64,000 bases of DNA, taken from NCBI GenBank assembly GCA_964422745.1, contig CAYRCK010000001.1, positions 100,368 to 164,367 on the forward strand, in the 5' to 3' direction. Source of the DNA: an uncultured bacterium. Its GTDB lineage: Bacteria > Krumholzibacteriota > Krumholzibacteriia > Krumholzibacteriales > Krumholzibacteriaceae. Shown one piece after another: positions 17,986-27,626 of the stretch (position 1 is the first letter of the stretch; every line of letters begins with the position of its first letter). Under the pieces are notes generated by a model, which did no database searches, was not told where the DNA came from, and saw nothing but the letters and a program-made list of their open reading frames with translations. The translations under genes and the position numbers were made by a program.

Positions 17986-20900
17986 TCACCTGACAAGAAC
18001 GAGTTTCCTCGTTCTCACAGCAGAACCGGCCCGCATCACGCAGAAGTAGATGCCCGGCGAGACCCGCCACCCGGCCCCGTTTCTTCCGTCCCACCAAACA
18101 CCGTGCGGTCCTTCGCAGAGCGGTTCGTCGATCAACACCTTAACGAGACGCCCCGCAACATCGTACACGGCAATATTGACCGCCGCGCCTTCCGGCAGCA
18201 CGAAAGACACCTCGGTGCCGGGATTGAACGGATTAGGAAAGTTCTGGTGGAGTGTCAGGGGCGTCACGTCCCCCGCGTCGACCCGCGGTCCGAACGCCGC
18301 CAATCCATCCGCCTCGTTCCCCTCGAGCGCCACGAAGACTTCGTCTCCGAACGGAACGGGCAATCCTAACATCACAGGTCCCCTGCCCCAGTCGCCCATT
18401 CGCGTGCTTTCCGCTACAGCCCCCCCATTCTCGAATCTTACCACCGCCATCTCCCCGGCTCCCCCTCCAGCGATAACGGCCCCACCGGCATGCACGACAC
18501 CACCTATTCCCATGCTGGGGATCTCCGCCGAAGTGATCACATCCCCGTCATCGCCGTCGAGCGTCAGAACCGCATCGCCGGCCGGACCTCTGACCGTAAT
18601 GCAAACCGCCCGGCCTCCGGAGTTCGACGCAACGTTTTGCTCACGCTCCGTGCAGCAAGCATTCGCCCTTTCCCCGGCACCTGCGTCGAGACCTGGCGCC
18701 GGATACGTGAAGGCGCACATAGCCCCTCTGGGCTCCCCAGTTGTATCCGTGCTCCAGAGCTCATCCCCCCCCCGCGCGTCGAAGGCCCTCACGGTGCCGT
18801 TAGTGAGCGCCACCACGACCTTGCCGGCATCGAAGAGCACCGGCGCCCCCGGTATTCCGCTTATATTCCTTCTCCATACGCTATCGCCGGTCCTGGCATC
18901 ATGTGCGGCAAGCAGGCCGCCCCAGTCAGCCTTGAACACCATGCCGCACCCGGCGGCCGGGGCGTCCGCCGCACCGTAGCTCCCGTGATCCCCGCCGACC
19001 GCCCAGAGCAGCTTCCCGGTGAACGGATCCAGGGCGCACAGGCGATCCTCCCCGCCTGCCGAGAACTCCTGTATCTGCAGGAAGATGCTCCCCATGTATA
19101 CAGTGGGATTTCCCAGGCGGTACTCTCCGGCCCCGAAGCTGACCTCCGGAGAGAAGGTCCAGACCGTGCGTCCGTTCCCTCCGTTCAGTGCATGGCACCA
19201 TTCCCCTCCCCCGGCGTAGAAGATCCCACGGTACCAAGCGGCGGACATGGGGCCCTTCTCCGCACTCCCCGGCAGGGCGGTCACCCATTCGATGCCGCCC
19301 TCGTTTGCATCCATCGCATATACAACCCTCACGCCGTTTTCGACCCTCAACGTAAACACCGTTCCCTCCCGCACTATCGGTTGGCAGCGATGACTGCCCG
19401 CTCCATCGAAAACAGATACCCATTTCAATCCCAGCGCAGCCGGGCACGATGTGTCGTACTCCCCGGAGTGCCCGGCATTTCCCTGGAGCATGTCCGGCGC
19501 CTCAAGGCATCCATCCTCCCCCTCGTACGACACCCAGATCGATATCGTCTCCTCCAGGCTGTCACCCCTGCTGCTGAGCCATAGGGGCACGCGCACCTCA
19601 CCGCCTCCGTCCGCCCCGCCATTTACATCCAGCATATATTCAGCCCACACCGAGGCCCCCTCCTCCATATCCCCTATATGATCTACCCTTTCCCCCTCGA
19701 CCACCCCCACACCCGGGGGCACGTCCAGCCTCGCCGATACACCCTCGCAGAACACCCCACCGTTAACAACCTCCACGCGCAACCTTATCCGTTCGCCGTG
19801 ATCCATCCCTCCATCACCGTCCCCCTCGATCTCATCGGCAATGATCCTCCTCGCAAACAGGTCCACCCTCCTGTTCAGCATCAACGAAAAGCGGCAACTC
19901 GATTCAGGGCCGGTGCAGAAGACGCTCAATTCGAATTCGGCGGTCCGCTCATCATCAAACCAACCGGCGCATTCGATCTCGAACTGCATCTCGGCACACT
20001 CGCCCGCAGCAAGATGCCCGAGCGTTGCCGGTCCACCGTCCATTATCCGGACCGCTTCTTCCGCGCAGGAGAGCGTTGCATATCCTCCCGGGAACGGCCT
20101 CCAGGCATTTTCCATCTTGACCGATATGGATGCACGCTCCCCCGCATCCACCGCTCCGTCTCCGTCCCCTCCCCCGTCACACACGGAAACAGATGTAACT
20201 TCGAAAAGATATTCCGGCCGAATTGAAACCGCACGGTCCAGCCTCACCATGCCAGCCCTGAACGTTCCCGCTTCCGGATCCGGCGCGCCACCCGCCTCAT
20301 CACAGGTATAGATAACCTGTGCCTCGATCCTGCTCGGGCCCCAGGATGGATTGACGCTCTTGACAAGCGCCGCCGCCGCCGTCACGAACGGTGCTGCCAT
20401 CGATGTTCCGCTCTTGTACGCGTAATCGCCGGGTACCGCCGATAGTATCGAAACACCCGGAGCGCTGCATGCTATCCAGCCGCCAAAACCGCTGAACGCG
20501 GCCAGCCCGTCTCCCCGATCCGCCGCCGCCACCGCCAGCACCTGATCGTACGCCGCCGGGTAACGCGGTTCGCAGCCGCCCCCGTTTCCAGCCGAAGCCA
20601 CGAGGACCACTCCCGCATCCCGCGCCTCCTCCATCGCCCGCTGCATCAAAAACGAGCCCTCTCCGGCGAAGCTCATATTGATCACATCCGCCCCCATATC
20701 GATCGCGTAATATACAGCCTCGACGGCATCCCCCTCCCTCACCGCGCCCACGGCCCCATCTATGGCATAACCGGCCCTTAGTATCATAAGCCTGCATTCC
20801 GGCGCCGCCCCTTCCACACCAATCCCGTTGCCCGACTCGGCCGCCACTATCCCGGCAACGTGTGTGCCGTGCCCGAGAAAATCGTCGGGCCTGCAGTCCT

Positions 20901-21873
20901 GCGGCGCCGGGTCCTCGCCATCAGCCACATCCGACGGACCGGCAGTAACGAAGTCCCACCCGTGGACATCGTCCGTGTAACCGTTCCCGTCGTCATCTAT
21001 ACCGGCCTCACCAGCCGACTCCGCGGTGTTCGTCCACAACCTGTCGCGGATATCCGGATGATCCAGGTCGCACCCCGTGTCGATTATCGCAATCAAAACA
21101 TCCGAGCGCCCCCTGGTCACGCACCATGCCCCCTCCGCACCAACACGAATGTGCCCCCACTGGCTCGACCAGTAGGGATCATGCACTGTGTCGGTCACCG
21201 GCGGTTCTACGGGCTCACCCCACGAGCTCCCCTCACACGGCGTTTCGCCGCCCCTGCTCGCCCTCAACGGATCGATCCGAAGCAGGACCTCATCGTACAC
21301 CTCTCCTGAAAATGACAAACCGTATATCGCCCCGGCCATTTCCCCGGGATCCAGGCGGCGAACATCCCGCGGCCTTTGAACCTCTATTCTCATGAACTGC
21401 GGATAAGAACTCCCCCCCGTGTTCCCCCTTACATCGGGCCGCCCATAACAGGGATTCTCCTCGACCGATCCCGCTCCCCTGATAGTGTGCACCGTAACAG
21501 CCCAATATCCACCGAATGATTTCGATAACGCCTCTTCGAATCCTCTCGAAATTTCCATAACCAATCGTCCTACGCCGCATGCATCGGCTGTGTTATCTGA
21601 TTCGGTGACCGTATCTCCATCAAGCTGCTCCACGCGCTCCAGGTCGTTCGCATCCATCCTAAAAAGATACGTGTCCCTTGCTTCTCGATTCTCGCTTTCG
21701 CCCCCGGCAGGGTTCCTTCCGTTACGGTTTTCTCCCGGACCGCGCTCCGGTGCAGCGGCAAACGCAGAGCTCCTCATCCAAACTCCGGACATAACAATTA
21801 CTGCTGCGAGCGCAGATAAGAGGGCCATCACCGCACAAATAATCATCGATCGATGTTTCAGATCGCTCCTCAT
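17986..21873 (-). CDS. secreted subtilisin-like (S8) serine peptidase with PQQ-type beta-propeller repeats and a T9SS/Por C-terminal sorting domain
   Basis: 1295 aa. N-terminal signal/TM, S8 catalytic triad context (AIIDTGCDLDHPD; HGTHVAGIVAA; GTSMAAPFVTAAAAL), PQQ-like repeats (GKLLWAVGGDHGSYG...TGDSVWRR), and a C-terminal ~80 aa with QNFPNPFNPGTEVSF...YDVAGRLVKVL...GIYFCVMRAG...RKLVLVR matching the Por_Secre_tail/FlgD-Ig-like CTD. Confidence 0.85.
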   Translation of the reverse strand: MRSDLKHRSMIICAVMALLSALAAVIVMSGVWMRSSAFAAAPERGPGENRNGRNPAGGESENREARDTYLFRMDANDLERVEQLDGDTVTESDNTADACGVGRLVMEISRGFEEALSKSFGGYWAVTVHTIRGAGSVEENPCYGRPDVRGNTGGSSYPQFMRIEVQRPRDVRRLDPGEMAGAIYGLSFSGEVYDEVLLRIDPLRASRGGETPCEGSSWGEPVEPPVTDTVHDPYWSSQWGHIRVGAEGAWCVTRGRSDVLIAIIDTGCDLDHPDIRDRLWTNTAESAGEAGIDDDGNGYTDDVHGWDFVTAGPSDVADGEDPAPQDCRPDDFLGHGTHVAGIVAAESGNGIGVEGAAPECRLMILRAGYAIDGAVGAVREGDAVEAVYYAIDMGADVINMSFAGEGSFLMQRAMEEARDAGVVLVASAGNGGGCEPRYPAAYDQVLAVAAADRGDGLAAFSGFGGWIACSAPGVSILSAVPGDYAYKSGTSMAAPFVTAAAALVKSVNPSWGPSRIEAQVIYTCDEAGGAPDPEAGTFRAGMVRLDRAVSIRPEYLFEVTSVSVCDGGGDGDGAVDAGERASISVKMENAWRPFPGGYATLSCAEEAVRIMDGGPATLGHLAAGECAEMQFEIECAGWFDDERTAEFELSVFCTGPESSCRFSLMLNRRVDLFARRIIADEIEGDGDGGMDHGERIRLRVEVVNGGVFCEGVSARLDVPPGVGVVEGERVDHIGDMEEGASVWAEYMLDVNGGADGGGEVRVPLWLSSRGDSLEETISIWVSYEGEDGCLEAPDMLQGNAGHSGEYDTSCPAALGLKWVSVFDGAGSHRCQPIVREGTVFTLRVENGVRVVYAMDANEGGIEWVTALPGSAEKGPMSAAWYRGIFYAGGGEWCHALNGGNGRTVWTFSPEVSFGAGEYRLGNPTVYMGSIFLQIQEFSAGGEDRLCALDPFTGKLLWAVGGDHGSYGAADAPAAGCGMVFKADWGGLLAAHDARTGDSVWRRNISGIPGAPVLFDAGKVVVALTNGTVRAFDARGGDELWSTDTTGEPRGAMCAFTYPAPGLDAGAGERANACCTEREQNVASNSGGRAVCITVRGPAGDAVLTLDGDDGDVITSAEIPSMGIGGVVHAGGAVIAGGGAGEMAVVRFENGGAVAESTRMGDWGRGPVMLGLPVPFGDEVFVALEGNEADGLAAFGPRVDAGDVTPLTLHQNFPNPFNPGTEVSFVLPEGAAVNIAVYDVAGRLVKVLIDEPLCEGPHGVWWDGRNGAGWRVSPGIYFCVMRAGSAVRTRKLVLVR

Positions 21874-22160
21874 CGCCGTTGTTATACATCTCCTTCTAAT
21901 GCCAGTATGGAAAAATCCCTGCCCTCCCGGTACAGACGCATCCCCCCGAATAATGATTTCGGTCGATCGAACCTCGACATTTAGACGTAATATTCCTCAC
22001 TGTCCCCGCTCACTACCTATCTTAAGCCCCCTCCTATTTCCATAACGCCTTCCGCGCCCTACGAGGTCCCCCAGCAGTGACCCACGCCTCTTTCGTATTG
22101 ACTTAATAAATCCATGCTGCTAGGGATTAACCGGTCGGAAAAGTAGAGGGTGGTGGCCCT

Positions 22161-23906
22161 TTGAAGAACAGGGAAATAGCCAATCTCTTCGAGGAGATAG
22201 CCGATATACTCGAGCTTCGCGGTGAGAACCGCTTCCGCATCAACGCTTACAGAAGGTCGGCTCAGGCCGTCTCAGGTATAAGCCGTGATATAGAGGAGAT
22301 GGCCGCCGAAGGATCTATAGAATCGATCCCCGGAATCGGAAAGGATCTCAGGGAGAAGATAGAGGAGTACCTGCGGAGCGGTGAGATCTCCCTTCTCGAG
22401 AGGCTTAAGAACGAAACACCCCCTATTCTTCTCGATATGCTCAGGATACCCGGTATCGGCCCCAAGACGGCCTTGCTCATACATGCTGAGCTCGGTGTCG
22501 GCTCACTGGAAGATCTTAAGCGTATGGCTCTCGAACACCGTCTTCAGGAACTTCCTAAGATAAAGGAAAAGACGGAAAAGAACATCATACGGGGAATCGA
22601 ATTTCTCGAGAGCTTCAAGGGAAGGACTCCAATAGGCATCGCTCTGCCGCTTGCCGAAGATATCATAGAGTCTCTAGAGGGCTGCGAAGAGGTCTCGAGG
22701 TTGGAATACGCGGGAAGCCTTCGCAGGCACTGCGAGACTGTAGGTGATATCGATATACTTGCTGCATCCAGCTCCCCCGAGGATACAATAAAATATTTCG
22801 CAGGTCTTTCTCTCGTTGAAAGTGTGATCGTATCGGGCCCGACAAAGTGCAGCGTGTTTACGTCCGACGGTATCCAGGTCGACCTGCGCGTTGTTGAAGA
22901 GAAGAGCTACGGAGCTGCCCTCAACTACTTCACAGGATCGAAGGCCCACAACATCCGTCTGAGGGAGATCGCCATAGAGAGGAATCTCAAGCTCAACGAA
23001 TACGGAGTCTTCGAGAAGAAGGACGGCGGGAGCGGAAAGAGGATCGCCGGCGCCACGGAAGATGAAGTCTATTCGGCGCTCGGTCTGCCTTACATACCTC
23101 CGGAGATACGCGAGGACACGGGAGAGATAGAGGCGGCCCTTAAGGGCGGACTCCCGGAGCTCGTTTCCCGTTCCGATATCAGAGGCGACCTGCACACCCA
23201 CTCCGATTGGAGCGATGGCAACGCGAGCCTCGATGATCTTGCTTCCGCCGGAAAGCGTGCAGGATTGAAGTATATCTTGGTCTCAGACCATTCGATGAGC
23301 CTGCGAATCGCCCATGGCCTGACCGCCAAGAGGCTCATCTCGCAGATAGCTGAAATAGACAGGATAAACGAGAAAATACGTGGATTCCGCCTACTAAAGG
23401 GTAGCGAGGTCGATATTCTCCCAGACGGCTCCCTGGATCTCGAAGACGGCGTGCTGAAGAAGCTGGACGTCGTTATAGCCGCGGTCCATTCAAGCTTCAA
23501 GATGAAACGCGACCGTATGACGGAAAGAATCATCAGCGCCATGAAAAACCCGTTCGTTTCCGTACTCGCACACCCTACGGGCAGGCTTCTGGGAACGCGC
23601 GAGCCTTACGATGTGGACATGGATGCCGTCATCGCCGCCGCCGCTGAAACCGAAACAGCGCTCGAGATCAACTCTCATCCCCTTCGCCTTGACCTTGATC
23701 CTGTCCATGCCCGAAAGGCAGCTGCGGCCGGGGTTCTTCTCTCGCTCGGTACAGACTCCCACGATCCCTCCCTTGAGCTTGATCATCTGCGCTACGGCAT
23801 CGGGACGGCACGCAGGGGCTGGCTTTGCAAGGAACACATCCTAAACTCCAGAACCGCCGCAGCCCTCAAGAAGCTTATAGAGAGAAAAAGGAAGAGAAAC
23901 CCCTAA
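22161..23906 (+). CDS. polX: family X DNA polymerase with PHP phosphoesterase domain (PolX)
   Basis: 581 aa with a TTG start preceded by GAGGGTGG. The N-terminal HhH/Pol-beta-like region runs from NREIANLFEEIADILELRGENRFRINAYRRSAQAV to GDIDIL. The C-terminal PHP domain has HTHSDWSDG and an LVSDHS motif. Confidence 0.9.
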   Translation: MKNREIANLFEEIADILELRGENRFRINAYRRSAQAVSGISRDIEEMAAEGSIESIPGIGKDLREKIEEYLRSGEISLLERLKNETPPILLDMLRIPGIGPKTALLIHAELGVGSLEDLKRMALEHRLQELPKIKEKTEKNIIRGIEFLESFKGRTPIGIALPLAEDIIESLEGCEEVSRLEYAGSLRRHCETVGDIDILAASSSPEDTIKYFAGLSLVESVIVSGPTKCSVFTSDGIQVDLRVVEEKSYGAALNYFTGSKAHNIRLREIAIERNLKLNEYGVFEKKDGGSGKRIAGATEDEVYSALGLPYIPPEIREDTGEIEAALKGGLPELVSRSDIRGDLHTHSDWSDGNASLDDLASAGKRAGLKYILVSDHSMSLRIAHGLTAKRLISQIAEIDRINEKIRGFRLLKGSEVDILPDGSLDLEDGVLKKLDVVIAAVHSSFKMKRDRMTERIISAMKNPFVSVLAHPTGRLLGTREPYDVDMDAVIAAAAETETALEINSHPLRLDLDPVHARKAAAAGVLLSLGTDSHDPSLELDHLRYGIGTARRGWLCKEHILNSRTAAALKKLIERKRKRNP

Positions 23907-23918
23907 AACCAAACCGTA

Positions 23919-23945
23919 TGCCATAATGGCAATGCCAATATGGCA
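23919..23945. promoter_or_regulatory. two tandem palindromes of the form TGCCA-N3-TGGCA, a candidate upstream activator site
   Basis: aTGCCAtaaTGGCAaTGCCAataTGGCAg, about 150 bp upstream of the sigma54-like promoter at 24085. A third half-site TGCCATAAT lies at ~23993. Confidence 0.35.
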
Positions 23946-24084
23946 GCCCATTTGCCTATTCTCGTGCCTGCATGACATAGATCTGCCATAATCTCGAGGC
24001 CTTGATAGTGAAAGAGGAGTTCAGGTCTGTGCATATATTCTCTTATTGTTTGTAATACAATAAGTTATGGCTCTAATTCATTTT

Positions 24085-24100
24085 TGGCATGCATTGTGCG
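24085..24100 (+). promoter_or_regulatory. candidate sigma54 (-24/-12) promoter for hsp20
   Basis: TGGCATgcattGTGC against the consensus TGGCACG-N4-TTGC. The GG-N10-GC spacing is correct. It lies 53 nt upstream of the hsp20 ATG. Confidence 0.4.
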
Positions 24101-24152
24101 AATATGAACTGTGAAAGGTCAAGGAAATGGAATCAAAACGGAGGTGACCAAG

Positions 24153-24596
24153 ATGAAACTAGTAAGATGGAATCCGGACAGGGTGATGGCGAATCCGATG
24201 GATCTTTTCGACCGCTTCTTCGACAACATGCTGTTCCCCAGGACGATCGATGGCGAGGGCAAGATGAATTGGGTTCCCCGTGTGGAAATAACGGAGGAAG
24301 ATGAAAAATTCGAGATCACAGCCGAACTGCCCGGAATGGGCAAGGACAATATCAACATCCTGATCGACAACGGGACATTGACTATCCGCGGCGAGAAGAA
24401 ATTGGAAGACGAGAAGAAGGAGAAGAACTACCATCTTCTGGAGAGGCGATACGGAGAGTTCGTGCGCAGGTTCAAGCTGCCCGAGAACGTAGACGCCGAC
24501 AAGATCAACGCAGAATACAAAGACGGCATTCTCAAGCTGACGGTTCCCAAGACCGAAGCCGCCAAGCCCAAGGAGATAAAGGTCAAGGTGGATTGA
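24153..24596 (+). CDS. Hsp20/alpha-crystallin family small heat shock protein
   Basis: The alpha-crystallin domain runs from WVPRVEITEEDEKFEITAELPGMGKDNINILIDNGTLTIRGEK to YGEFVRRFKLPENVDADKINAEYKDGILKLTVPK. I chose the ATG at 24153 (RBS GGAGGTGA, 7 nt upstream) over the track's 24111. Confidence 0.9.
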   Translation: MKLVRWNPDRVMANPMDLFDRFFDNMLFPRTIDGEGKMNWVPRVEITEEDEKFEITAELPGMGKDNINILIDNGTLTIRGEKKLEDEKKEKNYHLLERRYGEFVRRFKLPENVDADKINAEYKDGILKLTVPKTEAAKPKEIKVKVD

Positions 24597-24618
24597 TCAG
24601 CAGCCGCAGCCGACAGGC

Positions 24619-24660
24619 AAAGAGGGCGGGAGCGTGAGGATCGGCGCTTCCGCCCTCTTT
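24619..24660. terminator. bidirectional hairpin between convergent hsp20 and bactofilin genes
   Basis: AAAGAGGGCGG-N20-CCGCCCTCTTT, an 11-bp perfect stem, followed by a T-rich stretch on the plus strand. Confidence 0.55.
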
Positions 24661-24689
24661 ATCTTTCATGTCTCTATATTATGGATCTA

Positions 24690-25115
24690 TCATACCTTCG
24701 CGGTCTCTCGCACCTTCTCCGCCTGCACGCCCTGGCTGACCGGCTGCTCAATTCTGTTGTTCGGACTCATCTTGCATGATCCCTCGAAGAAAACTCCCTC
24801 GTCGATCACAAGCCTAGTGGTCTTTATATCCCCCTCTACCCTGGATCCGGCCTGCAGCTCAACCTTGTCCTTTGCGTCTATATTACCCACAACCGTTCCG
24901 CCTATGACGGCGCTTTTCACCTTGATGTCGGCCTTGACCTTTCCTCCCTTGCCGACCACAAGCGTGCCCGGGCATGTGACATTCCCGTCGAACTCTCCAT
25001 CGATCCGGAGTGTCCCCTCCTGCACATCTATGTTCCCGTCGATCTTGCACCCTTTGCCGATTATTGAGTTCATCTTTCCCTCCCCGGTGATACCTTCGTT
25101 CTCCTTGTTGAACAT
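24690..25115 (-). CDS. bactofilin (DUF583 polymer-forming cytoskeletal protein)
   Basis: Beta-helical bactofilin repeats run from SIIGKGCKIDGNIDVQEGTLRIDGEFDGNVTCPGTLVVGKGGKVKADIKVKSAVIGGTVVGNIDAKDKVELQAGSRVEGDIKTTRLVIDEG onward. I chose the ATG at 25115 (RBS AAGGAGGGG) over the track's upstream start. Confidence 0.85.
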   Translation of the reverse strand: MFNKENEGITGEGKMNSIIGKGCKIDGNIDVQEGTLRIDGEFDGNVTCPGTLVVGKGGKVKADIKVKSAVIGGTVVGNIDAKDKVELQAGSRVEGDIKTTRLVIDEGVFFEGSCKMSPNNRIEQPVSQGVQAEKVRETAKV

Positions 25116-25164
25116 GAACCCCTCCTTTTCCTTCGTTCTCTTACCTCTTTTCAACCCGGGCACC

Positions 25165-25935
25165 TCACTTTAAAAGGTATTTCAAAGGGTCTACTGCGAT
25201 GTTATTCCTCGATACCTCGAAATGCAAGTGCGGCGCGGTGCTTCTTCCCGTATTCCCAGAAAAGGCGATAGTCTGGCCGCGCCCGACTCTTTCTCCTTTC
25301 ATTACTACCAGCCTTTCGTTGTGTCCGTAAAGGGTTTTTATTCCATATCCGTGATCCAGCACCACGTAGTAACCGTATGTATCATCCCAGCCCGCGTCCG
25401 AAACCTCGCCATTCGCCGAGGCTTTTACCGGTGTTCCTCTTTCAACAGCTATATCGATCCCTCTGTGATACTGACGGCTGCCCTCTCCTCCCTTAACGCT
25501 GTATCCCTTTGTGATATAACCCTTAACAGGCCAGAATGTCGGTGTCGCCATGAGCACCTGCTCCCTCTCCTCATCGAACCCCCTATCATCGCTCAGCGCT
25601 ACACCGGCTGAAGCTACCGTGTCTCCATCCTTCGTATCCATCCCGAGCATACCCCTGATCCGCCCGTCCATTTCATGCAGCCTCGCGAGGTTTCTCGTCA
25701 ACTCCCCAATACGCTCGTTTCTCCTCGAGAGCTCGTCGACCTGTCTTTCCAGCATAACCGTTTCCCTCGTCTTGATCAGCAGCCTTCCGTAAGTGGCTAC
25801 GAAGACGATCAGCACGACGGCCGTTATCCCCAAAAGCGTCACCAGAACGTAGAACAGCCTGTAGGGCACCCTGTACGTCCTGGTTTTCTTAAGGTCGTGC
25901 GGTACGACTATTACGGAAAATGTTCCCCTCTTCAT
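25165..25935 (-). CDS. M23 family metallopeptidase, predicted active, with N-terminal TM anchor
   Basis: TM segment (YVLVTLLGITAVVLIVFVATY), a coiled coil, then a LytM domain with intact Zn ligands: HRGIDIA (HxxxD) and PHLHFEV (HxH). Confidence 0.85.
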   Translation of the reverse strand: MKRGTFSVIVVPHDLKKTRTYRVPYRLFYVLVTLLGITAVVLIVFVATYGRLLIKTRETVMLERQVDELSRRNERIGELTRNLARLHEMDGRIRGMLGMDTKDGDTVASAGVALSDDRGFDEEREQVLMATPTFWPVKGYITKGYSVKGGEGSRQYHRGIDIAVERGTPVKASANGEVSDAGWDDTYGYYVVLDHGYGIKTLYGHNERLVVMKGERVGRGQTIAFSGNTGRSTAPHLHFEVSRNNIAVDPLKYLLK

Positions 25936-25942
25936 ATCTGAA

Positions 25943-26800
25943 TCAGAAAGTGGTGTCCACTCCCATCTTGTCGAGTATGGTCTCTAGCTCCTCCTCCGAG
26001 TAGTACTCTATAGAGAGCACCCCTCCCCTTTTTCTCTGCGAAATACTCGCCCTTGTCCCCAGGTATCTCTCCAGCCTGTCCTCTATGGCCTCCAGCCTCG
26101 GGTCCCTTCTCGTCTTCCCTCTCTGCCTCTTCGTCCCCCTGCTTCCCGGCGTAACGTTCTCGACATCCCTGACCGAAAGGCCGTCCCGTGCCGCTTTCAA
26201 AGCCCATTCTATCTGCGACCTCTCCCCCTCTATGGCCAGAATCGCCCTCGCGTGCCCCTCCTTGAGCTTACCCTGTTCGATAAGCGATATGACCTTATCC
26301 GGCAGCTTTAGAAGCCTCATGGTGTTATTTATAGCGCTTCTGCTCTTTCCTATGATCCCGGAGAGCTCCTGTACCGACAGACCGAACTCGGCGCAGATAT
26401 TACTGTACCCTCTGGCCTCCTCGATCGGATTAAGATCCTCCCTGAGAAGGTTCTCGATCAGTGCATATCTGAGCGAGTCACAGTCGCCCACCTCCCTGAC
26501 TATCGCAGGAATCGTTCTTTTCCCGGCAATCTTCGAGGCCCTCAGACGTCTCTCCCCAACGATCAGCTCATACCTGTCCCCGTCCCTTCTTACAACCACG
26601 GGCTGTATCAATCCGTGCCTTTTAATCGACGTTGCCAGCTCTTCGAGCTGTTGCTCATCGAACCTATCTCTCGGCTGATTCCTGTTCGGATCTATCCTGT
26701 CTATCTCTAGCTCCTTGACCCTTTCGGTTTCCGCAACGCTCTCCCTGAGATCCGTCGATAGCAGCGCATCGAGCCCTCTTCCCAGCGCCTTTTTTCTCAT
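25943..26800 (-). CDS. parB: chromosome partitioning protein ParB
   Basis: N-terminal ParB box (KALGRGLDALL; GERRLRAS arginine patch) and an HTH. Confidence 0.9.
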   Translation of the reverse strand: MRKKALGRGLDALLSTDLRESVAETERVKELEIDRIDPNRNQPRDRFDEQQLEELATSIKRHGLIQPVVVRRDGDRYELIVGERRLRASKIAGKRTIPAIVREVGDCDSLRYALIENLLREDLNPIEEARGYSNICAEFGLSVQELSGIIGKSRSAINNTMRLLKLPDKVISLIEQGKLKEGHARAILAIEGERSQIEWALKAARDGLSVRDVENVTPGSRGTKRQRGKTRRDPRLEAIEDRLERYLGTRASISQRKRGGVLSIEYYSEEELETILDKMGVDTTF

Positions 26801-26801
26801 A

Positions 26802-27614
26802 TCAACCGGTCCTTACCGTCTTTCTGGTCCCACGATCCGAGCCGGCCTGGTGCTCCTTTTTCTGCTTCTCTATAAACTCTTTAGCCAGATTTAGGTAGCT
26901 CCTCGATCCGGCGCTCTGAACATCGTAGAGAAGCACAGGACGGCCGTAGCTCGGGCATTCGCTTAGCCTCACGTTCCTGGGGATTATCGTATCGTAAACC
27001 TTCTCGCCGAAGTACGATATAGCCTCATCGGCGACCTGGCTGGATAGATTCAGCCTCCTGTCGAACATCGTCATCAGGACTCCCTCGATCCTCAGGTCCG
27101 GATTGAGGTGACGCTGCACCATCCTTATAGTATTCAAAAGCTGACTCAGCCCCTCGAGAGCGTAGTACTCGCACTGAATCGGTATCAAAACAGAATTCGC
27201 CGCGGTTAATGTGTTCAGTGTCAACAGGCCCAAGCTGGGAGGGCAGTCTATTATCACGTAGTCGTAGCTGTCATCGATCCCGCGAAGAGCTTCCTTCAGC
27301 TTCCTCTCCCTTGCTATCTGCGAAACGAATTCTATCTCGGCTCCGATCAGCCTCGGGTGCGATGGCACTATATCCACCAGATTCGTTTTCCTAATGGCGT
27401 CGCTCAGCGACACTTCTCCTATAAGCACCTCGTATATAGTGCTTTCGCCGTCCTTCGCCCTAACCCCAAGACCGCTGCTGGCGTTCGCCTGAGGATCTAT
27501 ATCGACGAGCAGCACCCTAACCTCGGCGGCCCCGAGGCTCGCGCTCAGGTTGACGGCTGTGGTCGTCTTGCCCACACCCCCCTTTTGATTGGCTATAGCA
27601 ACTATCTTTGCCAC
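26802..27614 (-). CDS. parA: chromosome partitioning ATPase ParA/Soj
   Basis: Deviant Walker A ([17 protein letters not shown]), Walker A' and Walker B (VDIDPQ) motifs. Confidence 0.9.
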   Translation of the reverse strand: MAKIVAIANQKGGVGKTTTAVNLSASLGAAEVRVLLVDIDPQANASSGLGVRAKDGESTIYEVLIGEVSLSDAIRKTNLVDIVPSHPRLIGAEIEFVSQIARERKLKEALRGIDDSYDYVIIDCPPSLGLLTLNTLTAANSVLIPIQCEYYALEGLSQLLNTIRMVQRHLNPDLRIEGVLMTMFDRRLNLSSQVADEAISYFGEKVYDTIIPRNVRLSECPSYGRPVLLYDVQSAGSRSYLNLAKEFIEKQKKEHQAGSDRGTRKTVRTG

Positions 27615-27626
27615 ATTGGCACCCCT

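Noticed and set aside
18050-19584. Several 300-360-aa plus-strand ORFs antisense to the S8 protease gene
   Set aside because: A high-GC artefact. The minus-strand protease has clear catalytic motifs throughout.
24111-24152. Upstream ATG giving a 14-aa N-terminal extension of Hsp20
   Set aside because: The second ATG at 24153 has a strong GGAGGTGA RBS. The first would leave no room downstream of the sigma54-like promoter.
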